From an uncultured Acidobacteriota bacterium (GTDB taxonomy: Bacteria > Acidobacteriota > Terriglobia > Terriglobales > Acidobacteriaceae): a DNA stretch of 64,000 bases. Location: positions 80 to 64,079 of the forward strand of contig CAWHVF010000011.1 in assembly GCA_963832785.1 (NCBI GenBank), given 5' to 3'. Each line of letters opens with the position of its first letter. Within the stretch, counting starts at the first letter, position 1. Shown here in pieces: positions 56,240 to 64,000 of the stretch. A model generated the notes under the pieces. That model did not search any database. It saw only the letters and a program-made list of their open reading frames with translations, and was not told the origin of the DNA. Position numbers and translations under genes: made by a program.

Positions 56240-57365
56240 TGATCCACCTCTTCGACAATCGCCCGGTGCAGTCTCACCCTGAAGCTCGTGATCTTTTGGG
56301 CATCCCGGCCATAATAAACCCGGTTGGTCAGAACCGCCACCACCAGCTTCCGCTGCGGGTCCATCCACAAGGAAGTCCCGGTAAAGCCGGTATGGCCAAA
56401 GGCGCCTGGCGAGAAGGGATTGCCGCTGGCTTCCGCATCGGGAGACCACAGTGCAAACCCCAAACCGCGCCGGGTCGCGCCCTCTTCCGCCTGAAGGCGG
56501 ATCATCTCGGCCGATGTGGCCGGCGCCAGCAAAGGGCTGCCAGTGGTTCAGGAAGGATTGGCCGAAGCGGGCCAGGTCATTCACCGTTGAAAACAGCCCG
56601 GCGTGCCCCGCGATCCCACCCAGGCGCGCCGCATTCTCATCATCCACCTCGCCCACCACCCGCCGCTTGCGCCAGGCGCACAGCTCGGTGGGGGCCACGT
56701 TCGTGGTATCGTAGGGCTGCCCGCTCAGCGGCAGGAAACGGGTGTGCGCCAGCCCCAGCGGGATGGTCACGCTTTCGCGCACGATCTCATCCAGCCGCCA
56801 GCGCAGGGTGCGTTCCAACGCCAGCCCGAGCAAGATCAGGCCGATATCGCTGTAGACCACCCGCGTGCCGCTCGGGTAAAAGAAAGGCGTCCCCAGCGCC
56901 ATGCGCAGCGCCGCCCCCGCATCCGGTTGATCCATGAGCGGCCGCCAGGCCGGCAGCCCCGCGCTGTGGCTGAGCAGTTGGCGGTAAGTGACCCGCCCGG
57001 CATCTACCCTCTCGGTCGTGCCTGGCTGTGGGTCTTACCCATTCACCCGGCTGCAAGGGATGTTCGTAAGGTTCAATGGGGCGCATCCCGGAAAACTCTG
57101 GGATGGTCTTGCTTACCGGTTCATCCAGCTTGAGTCGACCTTGCTCGACGGCGAGCATGAAAGCGGTTGTAGTAAACAGTTTGGTCACCGATGCCAGGTC
57201 GAAAAGCGTATCCATGCGCGCCGGCCTCTGGCATAAATCCGGGTCCAGCCAGCCCTTTGCCTGCTCGTAGACCGCCTTGCCTTCGCGCCACACCTGCACG
57301 ACAATCGCCGGCGCCACACTGCCGGCAGCCTCCGCTATCAGTTGGGTTATCCTGAAATCATTCAT
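56230..57365 (-). pseudogene. Serine hydrolase (class C beta-lactamase/PBP-like) with two frame breaks
   Basis: SVTK (SxxK) is in the first piece (ORF 56787-57365). The continuation VTYRQLLSHSAGLPAW...YSDIGLILLG...GHAGLFST is in a second frame. The ending GAFGHTGFTGTSLWMDP is in a third frame. The breaks lie near 57040 and 56530. Confidence 0.8.
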
Positions 57366-57412
57366 GCCCGAATATTAACATCCTGGCATGTTCCTACAAG
57401 GAGTTGGAGATA

Positions 57413-57499
57413 GATTGGGTGTGTTTCAGTTTCCGGGTAAAGCTCCGCCCAGCTTGTGGCTGGGCGGAGCTTTACCCGGAAACTGAAACACACCCAATC
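57413..57499. repeat. Perfect 41-bp inverted repeat with 5-nt loop (87-nt hairpin) in a divergent intergenic region
   Basis: GATTGGGTGTGTTTCAGTTTCCGGGTAAAGCTCCGCCCAGC-TTGTG-GCTGGGCGGAGCTTTACCCGGAAACTGAAACACACCCAATC, checked base by base. Confidence 0.9.
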
Positions 57500-57556
57500 A
57501 CTTAAAATCGCTCAAATCGGTTGCCCTCCGGTTGAAATTGGGCTAAACTATTAAGG

Positions 57557-58315
57557 ATGAGCCCTATGGTCTACATTGAAATCGATCCCCTCACCGGTCC
57601 CGTTCCCTTTTCGATGGCCTGCCTGGATGACGAGCGCCGCCTGGTAGCCCTCAGCCAGGGCCCGCTGGCTGAAATGCTGGCCTATGCCGCTGGGCAGGTG
57701 GAAGCGATTGTGGCGATCGGCGCTCCCCCACGCCCCAACCAGGGCCTGGTCACCCACCAGGATACCCTGCCGGAGACAGAAGTTTTTCCGGTCAGCCGCC
57801 AGAACAACCTGCGCCTGGCCGAACAGCAGCTGCGCCTGAAAGGCTTCCAGGTGCCGCTCACCCCTTCCGACCCGGCTCACTGCCAGAGTTGGATGAAGCA
57901 TGGGTTTGAGCTCTATGCGCAGCTCCAGGCAGCCGGATACGCCGCTTATCCAGGTGAATCTCCCCGCTGTTGGATCGAAACCCAGGTCAACGCCTGCTTT
58001 CAAGCCCTGATCGGCGTGCCGCCTTTCGCGGCTGGAACACTGGAAGGCCGCCTGCAGCGCCAGCTCGTGCTGCGCGACCAGCACCTGCCCGTGTCGGACG
58101 CGATGGATTTCTTCGAAGAGGTCACCCGTCACAAGCTGCTGCATGGCATCCTGCCCACGGAAAAGATTTATTCCCAAAATGAGCTCAACGCCCTGATGGC
58201 CGCCCAGGTCGCCTGGCTGGCCGTCCGCAAGCCCAACCGCCTGCAAAGTTTTGGCGACCCGGCCGAAGGCGAAGTCTTCCTCCCCCTTCCCGAACCCGAT
58301 ACAAGACAAGAATAG
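57557..58315 (+). CDS. Conserved-looking hypothetical protein (252 aa, intact)
   Basis: Uninterrupted ORF with plausible composition. I cannot assign a family with confidence. Confidence 0.5.
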   Translation: MSPMVYIEIDPLTGPVPFSMACLDDERRLVALSQGPLAEMLAYAAGQVEAIVAIGAPPRPNQGLVTHQDTLPETEVFPVSRQNNLRLAEQQLRLKGFQVPLTPSDPAHCQSWMKHGFELYAQLQAAGYAAYPGESPRCWIETQVNACFQALIGVPPFAAGTLEGRLQRQLVLRDQHLPVSDAMDFFEEVTRHKLLHGILPTEKIYSQNELNALMAAQVAWLAVRKPNRLQSFGDPAEGEVFLPLPEPDTRQE

Positions 58316-58335
58316 CCAAAACAGAATTCCCCCAA

Positions 58336-58384
58336 CCCCCCTTGGTAAGGGGGGCTTAAGATAAGCCCCCCTTACCAAGGGGGG
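58336..58384. repeat. Nested C6/G6 palindrome (23-bp arms, 3-nt spacer), terminator-like
   Basis: CCCCCCTTGGTAAGGGGGGCTTA-AGA-TAAGCCCCCCTTACCAAGGGGGG. Each arm is itself a C6...G6 hairpin. It lies 20 nt after the stop of the 57557-58315 gene. Confidence 0.75.
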
Positions 58385-58492
58385 TCTGGGGGGTTTCATG
58401 CCCTCGCTCACCAATGCCCCTTGATCTTTCCATAATTAGTATTAAAATTCACATATAATCGATCTTATTGATATCTGAAAAAGGTGGTAAAA

Positions 58493-59489
58493 ATGAACGT
58501 CTCCATGTGGTGGAAAGCTTTACGGGTCATCCCGCGCATCAGCCGGGAAGAATGGATAAACTGGACGTGATCTCGCGCTGGCTGGTCTCGACCCGCGCCG
58601 CCGTCTTGATGATGACCTTTATTCTCCGCCACCATTCCCGGCCTGCTGGCGCTGCGCACGGGCGAATTCAACCTGGGTCGCTGGGCTCTGTTGGTCGTCG
58701 GCCTGATCTTTGCGCATGCCACCAACAACCTGCTCAACGATCTAGACCGATTTCAAGCGCGGCGTGGATAAAGATAATTACTTCCGCACCCAATACGGCC
58801 CTCAACCGCTGCAACAGGGCTTGATGAGCGAACGCGAGCTGCTGACCTATGCCGCCATCACCGGCTTGATTGCCGTGGCAGCCGGCATCCCCCTGGTGAT
58901 CTTACGGCGGCACGCCGGCCCTGCTGTTGATGGCGGTCGGCGTCGTCTTCGTGCTCTTCTACACCTGGCCGCTGAAATATATCGGGCTGGGCGAGATGGC
59001 CGTGATTCTTGATCTGGGGTCCCCTGATGGTCGGCGGCGGTTATTTTGTCATCACCGGGCATTGGGACTGGAACGTGGTGCTGGCCAGCCTGCCTTATGC
59101 CCTCGGCCCGACCACGGTGCTGTTCGGCAAGCACATCGACAAGCTGCCGCAGGATGCTGCCAAGAAGATCCACACCATGCCGGTGATGATCGGGTGAAAA
59201 GGCGGCGCGCTACGCTGGCGCTGGCGATGATGGCCTGAAGTACTGCTGGCCTTGATTTACCTGGTGATCAGCGGTTATTTCTCGCCGGTGATGCTGATCG
59301 TTCTCCTGGCGCTCTATACCCTGGGACGGTGCTGCCGATCTTCCTCAGGCACCCAAGCCGGTCGAGCGCCCGGCCGAATATCCGGCGGATACCTGGCCGC
59401 TGTGGTTCTCGGCGCCTCCTTTCTACCACAACCGCACTTTCGGCCTGCTGTTCCTGCTCGGCCTGGTGCTGTCGTTGTTCATTCATTAA
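58493..59489 (+). pseudogene. UbiA/MenA-family prenyltransferase with at least five frame breaks
   Basis: Pieces appear in three frames: MNVSMWWKALRVIPRISREEW / DKLDVISRWLVSTRAAVLMMTFI / FAHATNNLLND / DKDNYFRTQYGPQPLQQGLMSERELLTYAAITG / LLMAVGVVFVLFYTWPLKYIGLGEMAVI / IWGPLMVGGGYFVITGHWDW...HIDKLPQDAAKKIHTMPVMIG / LIYLVISGYFSPVMLIVLLALYTLG. Confidence 0.75.
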
Positions 59490-59492
59490 ATC

Positions 59493-59538
59493 TCAAAATG
59501 AGTTGTGGGTCGGCACGCCGACCCACAACTCATTTTGA
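59493..59538. terminator. Bidirectional terminator hairpin between convergent genes
   Basis: 22-nt arms TCAAAATGAGTTGTGGGTCGGC / GCCGACCCACAACTCATTTTGA, with A/T runs on both sides. Confidence 0.7.
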
Positions 59539-59543
59539 AATTA

Positions 59544-61355
59544 TTATTTCTTTATGGGCAGCAGGATTTCGCTGCCCCAACTGACCTCCCACACCGGCGT
59601 GCCGTTGGCTGGCACCCGCGGGAAAGTGCCCGCGTCGTGCCCGGCCAGGGCCACCCGCAGGCGATGGCCTTTTTGGATGAGCGCCGAGACCGGCAGCAGG
59701 CCAAAACTGATTTCCGCGAGCTCGCCCAGGACCAACGGCCAGGCATCTTCCCGGTAAAAGGTGTGATAGGGAACCGATAGGCGGTACGGCGCGGGTTCAG
59801 AGCTGATCCTGCGGTGGATCGAGCGCAGTTGACCTTCGGTCAGCCCCACGATGCGCCCGTCCGGGAAAAGATCTTCCAGGTATGACAAAAAAGGCGCAGT
59901 CTGGTTCGCTGGATACTACCCGCAGCGTCACAACCGGCCAGCCGGCATATCTCCAGATCGTGTTCCAACGGCTCAGACTCGAAGGCCAACACGCTCTCAC
60001 GCTGGGCCTCGCGCCCGGTGGTATCCACCCCTTTGCCATTCACCACGCCCAGCTCCCACCAGCGGTTGTAAACCCCGCTGGTATGGCGATCGTCCACCAC
60101 GAAACGGTCAGACCCGGCTTCGGGCGGCGGCACCGGCGCCAGGCAGCCGGCCGCTGTCAAAATACCAGGGCTCGGCGTAACCCCCTCAGGCGGCCAACTG
60201 GCGCTCTTTTGCCAGGTCTCGCTCCCCAGGGGGTAATAATAGACGCAGTTCTCCAGCCCGGCCCCGGGTTCGTCGGATTTCAGGCAGGCATCCAGAAAGC
60301 GCAGGATCTCCATGCGCTGCACCTCGGGGGGCGGCGAAAGCGGCGCTTTATCGCCCAGGTAGGGGCTGGATTGATTGACCCCGCCGTGGTTCCAGGCTCC
60401 GATCATGGCCCGCTGCATTCCCGGGTACGTATTGAACGGCGCAGCGCGGCATTGCCGGTGCCGGCATCCATCCAACTGGCGATGCCGAATACCGGCACCC
60501 CGCTGGCCAGCACGGCATCCCGAAAACGCATGACCATCTGCTCGTCGGAAGAGAATCCCTCCTCAGAAACCGGCTGGTCTCGATAGGTGATGTTATCCTG
60601 GATCGCCGCCACCTGCACGTTGGCATGATGCGAAAGCAGCGCCTGCGCCAACAGCTCCGCGCCATCCGGCCCATCCACCGCCTTGACGCCCTCGCCCGAC
60701 CATCTCATTAAAGGGCCAAAACTGGGCGGCACCTGGTTGCGGTCCAGCGCTTCATCCATCTCGCCCCAGGCGCAGATAAAACGTTCGTTCATCAAGCCGC
60801 CCGGAAAGCCAATATCGTTGAACAAGTCTGGATGGTTGAACTCCGCAATCACCCCGCGCAGCGCCGGGTGGCCGGTCGCCATCAGCAGCTCGGCAGTGGT
60901 TCCCAGGTAAGAAACGCCCATTCCCACCACGCGCCCGTTTGACCACGGTTGCGCGCATATCCAATCCAGGATGCCGGCGCTGTCGTCGACGGTTACCCTT
61001 TCCCAGGGAGAGCGCCACGCGCCAAATGAGGCGCCCGTCCCGCGCACGTCGACCATCACCATGGCGTAGCCGCGCTTCACAAAAATTCTTTGGCGCTCCA
61101 CCCAGGCGGAGTCCGGTCGCCGGGTCCGCGCCAGATCCAACCAAACGGGGCGCGCAGGTCCAGCGCGCGCCAATAGCGGGTTTGCTCCAATATGGCCGGG
61201 ATGCGTTCTCCGCGTGGCAGCCCGCTAGGCAAATAGATATCCGCCGCCAGCCGCGTACCATCCGGTGCTGGAATGTAAATTGAGCTCACGTCCATCCCAC
61301 GATAGCGCGGGCCTGGATCGGGGTAAGGTTCAAATGGAAAATTGGTTTGCATCAA
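59544..61355 (-). pseudogene. CocE/NonD-family (X-Pro dipeptidyl-peptidase S15-like) hydrolase with at least three frame breaks
   Basis: Consecutive pieces lie in different frames: [43 protein letters not shown] / KRGYAMVMVDVRGTGASFGAW...GVSYLGTTAE / MIGAWNHGGVNQSS...RMEILRFLDACLK / LFPDGRIVGLTEGQLRSIHRR...HRLRVALAGHDAG. Confidence 0.75.
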
Positions 61356-61424
61356 AGCTTTCCTCCCTCTTTCGGAATATTTACCATAGCGCTCAATTTT
61401 AGCCTAAGTCAACAAGCAATTCTA

Positions 61425-61501
61425 GGGAAGTTTAGGGTTATTTTTTCGTGGTTTGAAACTGCTACTCAGTTTCAAACCACGAAAAAAACCCCAAACTTCC
61501 C
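61425..61501. repeat. Long imperfect inverted repeat (perfect 21-bp core stem) in a divergent intergenic region
   Basis: Core: TTTTTTCGTGGTTTGAAACTG-CTACT-CAGTTTCAAACCACGAAAAAA (61441-61487). The outer GGGAAGTTT / AAACTTCCC ends also pair. Confidence 0.85.
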
Positions 61502-61575
61502 TGGCTGATATTTTATTGCACGAATTACAATTTCCGATATATTGGTAATATAAAATCCTCTCACGGAGAAAATCG

Positions 61576-62814
61576 ATGACCATTCTTCGAAACCGCCGAC
61601 CGGCCTTGTGGGTCTGCGCGCTGATCGCTTTTATTTTTATCCTCCAGGCCGCCTGTAACCTCCCGGCGTTCACCTCTACGCCTGCGCAGCCACCGTCTAC
61701 CCGGCACGAGCGCCAGCGCCACGCCGGCGCCTGCCGCAGCCACCCAGATCGTTGTAATGGCGCCCTCTGCCACTCTGCAGCCCACGGCGCTGCCAACCCC
61801 AACCCTCAGCCCGACCCCCTCATCTCAATACCGCGGGCTGATCGCCTATGACCATGCTTCGCAATCGATCACCGGGGTTGATTTCACCGGCGCGCCCCTA
61901 ACATCAAGCTCAAATTGGCCGGCGCCGATTGGATCGGTTTCAACCAGGCGCAATGGGCCAACAATTCGGTCTATTACGTCAATCCGCCGACAAGACCATC
62001 ATGCAGATCGCCAATAACGGCGCCGCTCAAAAACTGGCGTTTATCCCCGCCCGGGATGACCTGAGCTTCAACTTTCTGGGACGGCAAGAAAATCGCCTGG
62101 TCGTTCGATATCACCACCGGCAAGAACCCTGCCAGCGAGTTATGGATCGCCAATATCGACGGCACGAATGCCAAACAAATCGCCACTATCGCCGCCGCCG
62201 CCAATTCGAAATGGCTGGTACTGCGTCCTTATCGTTGGCTGGCCGACGGACGCCTGCTGTACATCGATGAGCCGAACGGCATCGGCGGTTACATCTTATT
62301 CTACGGTTTCGCCGGCCTGCATCTTTACGATCCCGCCACGACCAAGCTGACCGATATGACCCCCAGCCTGGGCGCTGGAGCCTGTGCCTGTTGGATGTTT
62401 CGCCCAATTTGAAAACGCTGGTATCCTCCTGCGCCACGAGCCAGAACAACGATATCTCCTTTATCGATCTGGCCAATAACACCATCATCTCGCTCACCCG
62501 CCAGGCGGATCGAAGATCAGGTGGGCAGCCCGGCCTGGTCACCCTCCGGCGCCTGGATGGCATACGCCTACGCGCGCGGCGATCCTGACAACGAGCAGGG
62601 CAGCGTTGCCCTGGTCGCCAGCGGGTCTTCCACTCCCAAGATCCTGGCCACCCTGCCGAAGGGCTATTTCAACGTCGCCGCCTGGATCAATGAGAACCAA
62701 TTCATCGTCCAGCGTTACGAAAGCACCCTTTCCAGCATCTGGTTGTTCAACCGCGATGGCGCGCCCCCCGTCAAACTCTCCGATGGAGACGTGATCAGCC
62801 TGGTCCAAAATTAG
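61576..62814 (+). pseudogene. Secreted beta-propeller (TolB/WD40-like) protein with several frame breaks
   Basis: Signal peptide MTILRNRRPALWVCALIAFIFILQAACN. Later pieces are SELWIANIDGTNAKQIATI, GGYILFYGFAGLHLYDPAT, and SPAWSPSGAWMAYAYARGDPDNEQGSVALVASGSS...IWLFNRDGAPPVKLSDG. They are spread over three frames. Confidence 0.6.
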
Positions 62815-62822
62815 AATATCTC

Positions 62823-62862
62823 AAAGAAGGAGGTCGCGCCGATTGGCGCGACCTCCTTCTTT
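62823..62862 (+). terminator. Rho-independent terminator (perfect 18-bp stem)
   Basis: AAAGAAGGAGGTCGCGCC-GATT-GGCGCGACCTCCTTCTTT, directly after the stop at 62814. Confidence 0.75.
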
Positions 62863-62978
62863 GGATTTGTCCGATGAGATTTTTCACCTACGGTGAAAAA
62901 CTCATCCTCTTCAAAACTGTCCTGGCGCGTTTTTTTCAACTACGTTGAAAAAAAACACGCCCAAAAACCTACTTGGTT

Positions 62979-63517
62979 TTACCAGCATGGCGGCCCCTTC
63001 ACGGATCGCGCGCAGGTTGAGCGGCACAAAACGCTGGTGGCGGCCGGGCTGTGCTCGCTGATCGCTCGTTCCAGGGCTTCGAGCGGCAGCACCGGCAGGT
63101 TGGCCAGCAGCCCGCCCAGCAGCACCATGTTGGTCATGCGCTTGTCGCCGATGCTTCTCGGCAATCTCGTTGGCCGGCATCGCACGATCACTTTGATATC
63201 CTGTGCGTGTGACCGGCGGTTGACCATGGAAGTGTTGACCACCAGCACCCCGCCCGGTTTGACCAGCGGCTCATATTTATCCAACGAGGGCAGGTTCATG
63301 GCGATGACTCGCCTGCGGGTTGCGCACCAGCGGCGAGCCGATCTCTTCATCGGCGATGATCACGGTGCAGTTGGCCGTGCCGCCGCGCATTTCCGGCCCG
63401 TAAGAGGGGATCCAGGTCACTTCCTTGCCGTGCATCCATGGCGGCATAAGCCAGAAGCTGCCCGGCGAACAAAACTCCCTGCCCGCCAAATCCGGCAATG
63501 ATGAATTTCAGTTTGCA
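62979..63517 (-). pseudogene. Second 2-oxoacid:ferredoxin oxidoreductase gamma subunit, frame-broken (3' end uncertain)
   Basis: [25 protein letters not shown] / [38 protein letters not shown] / [28 protein letters not shown] / DKRMTNMVLLGGLLANLPVLPLEALERAI lie in alternating frames. AGGAGG SD lies before ATG at 63515-63517. Confidence 0.7.
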
Positions 63518-63519
63518 TG

Positions 63520-64000
63520 TCTGCCTCCTCCTAGATCCGCACCTGGGCCAGATCGCCGGGTGCACTTTGAAATCGTTGAGCGGATAGTAAGGGACCATTT
63601 TTTCTTCCAGCCACTTGGCAGCGATTCCAGCGGGGTCATGCCCCAGTTGGTCGGGCAGGTGGAGAGCAGCTCGACCATCGAAAAGCCCAGCCCGCGCACC
63701 TGCGTCTCGAAGGCCATGCGGATGGCCTTCTTGGCCAGGCGGATGTTCTTGGGGTCGTGCAGGCTGCGGCGGACCACGTAGCTGGCCCCATCCAGGGTCG
63801 CCAGCAGCTCGCAGGCCCGGATCGGGATAGCCCATGCTGTTCCACATCGCGCCCGTTGGGCGAAGAGGTGGTCTTCATGCCGGGCAGGGTGGTGGGCGCC
63901 ATCTGGCCGCCGGTCATGCCGTAGTTGGCGTTGTTGATGAAGATCACGGTGATGTTCTCGCCGCGGGCGGCGGCGTGCACGATCTCGCCCATGCCGATCG
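63520..64000 (-). pseudogene. Second 2-oxoacid:ferredoxin oxidoreductase beta subunit, C-terminal part (partial at window edge, frame-broken)
   Basis: [48 protein letters not shown] / [68 protein letters not shown] / AKWLEEKMVPYYPLNDFK lie in different frames. Confidence 0.7.

Noticed and set aside
55898-56935. 345-aa minus-strand ORF taken as a single protein
   Set aside because: It is a composite. Its upstream part is the middle segment of the frame-broken serine hydrolase. Next comes out-of-frame read-through, and then the genuine anmK N-terminus starting at 56239.
57551-58414. 287-aa minus-strand ORF
   Set aside because: It is antisense to the intact 252-aa plus-strand gene. Its N-terminus is simply the translation of the C6/G6 palindrome, and the composition is non-protein-like.
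57413-62962. The series of long hairpins as a CRISPR-like or tandem-repeat array
   Set aside because: The hairpins have unrelated sequences and irregular spacing of kilobases, and each sits in its own intergenic region. There is no repeat-spacer periodicity and there are no cas genes.

Overview
High-GC bacterial chromosomal window. GC statements below are by eye, and all calls come from reading the ORF translations and the DNA; no searches were run. There are five blocks.

(1) 1-7143: the right-hand end of an integrative conjugative element. It carries VirB4/VirB3/VirB2-type T4SS genes, a ParB-like protein, an ArdC-like protein, a HigB/HigA-like toxin-antitoxin pair, an excisionase and a frame-broken tyrosine integrase. 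It abuts the 3' end of tRNA-His(GTG).

(2) 7.3-19.2 kb: metabolic and housekeeping genes. These are an FAH-family hydrolase, tungsten-type aldehyde:ferredoxin oxidoreductase with a MoaD-like gene, an SDR, a split transketolase, ppk1 (one frame break) and a Cys-rich Crp/Fnr regulator.

(3) 20.1-39.4 kb: a fully co-directional dissimilatory sulfur island. The order is aprBA, two Cys-rich genes of unknown function, qmoABC, sat. Then follow a small membrane protein, a TSUP (TauE/SafE) permease, a lipoprotein, an atypical PpsA/PPDK-like dikinase, two tandem TSUP paralogues with duplicated promoters, a TIGR02186-like membrane protein and a P-loop kinase-BON protein.

(4) 39.4-53.3 kb: a minus-strand catabolic block. 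It holds a Gfo/Idh/MocA oxidoreductase, an AT-rich C45-type hydrolase, an MFS transporter, a REP/MITE-like element and a LysR regulator. It also holds a 2-oxoacid:ferredoxin oxidoreductase (alpha/beta/gamma) with a GltD-like flavoprotein-ferredoxin fusion, a fused CoA-transferase, and a [2Fe-2S]-ferredoxin/methyltransferase fusion.

(5) 53.3-64 kb: a decayed or rearranged zone. It contains gene remnants, an intact IS5-family element, a Com-like zinc finger, two truncated genes fused tail-to-tail, several multiply frame-broken genes and unusually long perfect hairpins.

I found no rRNA, no CRISPR array and no recognisable defence system.

The best candidates for undescribed biology are:
- the two Cys-rich genes wedged between aprA and qmoA;
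- the post-sat TSUP / lipoprotein / dikinase / TSUP-duplicate module with Crp-like boxes;
- the NAD(P)-linked-looking OFOR operon.

Functional interpretations of these are inference only.
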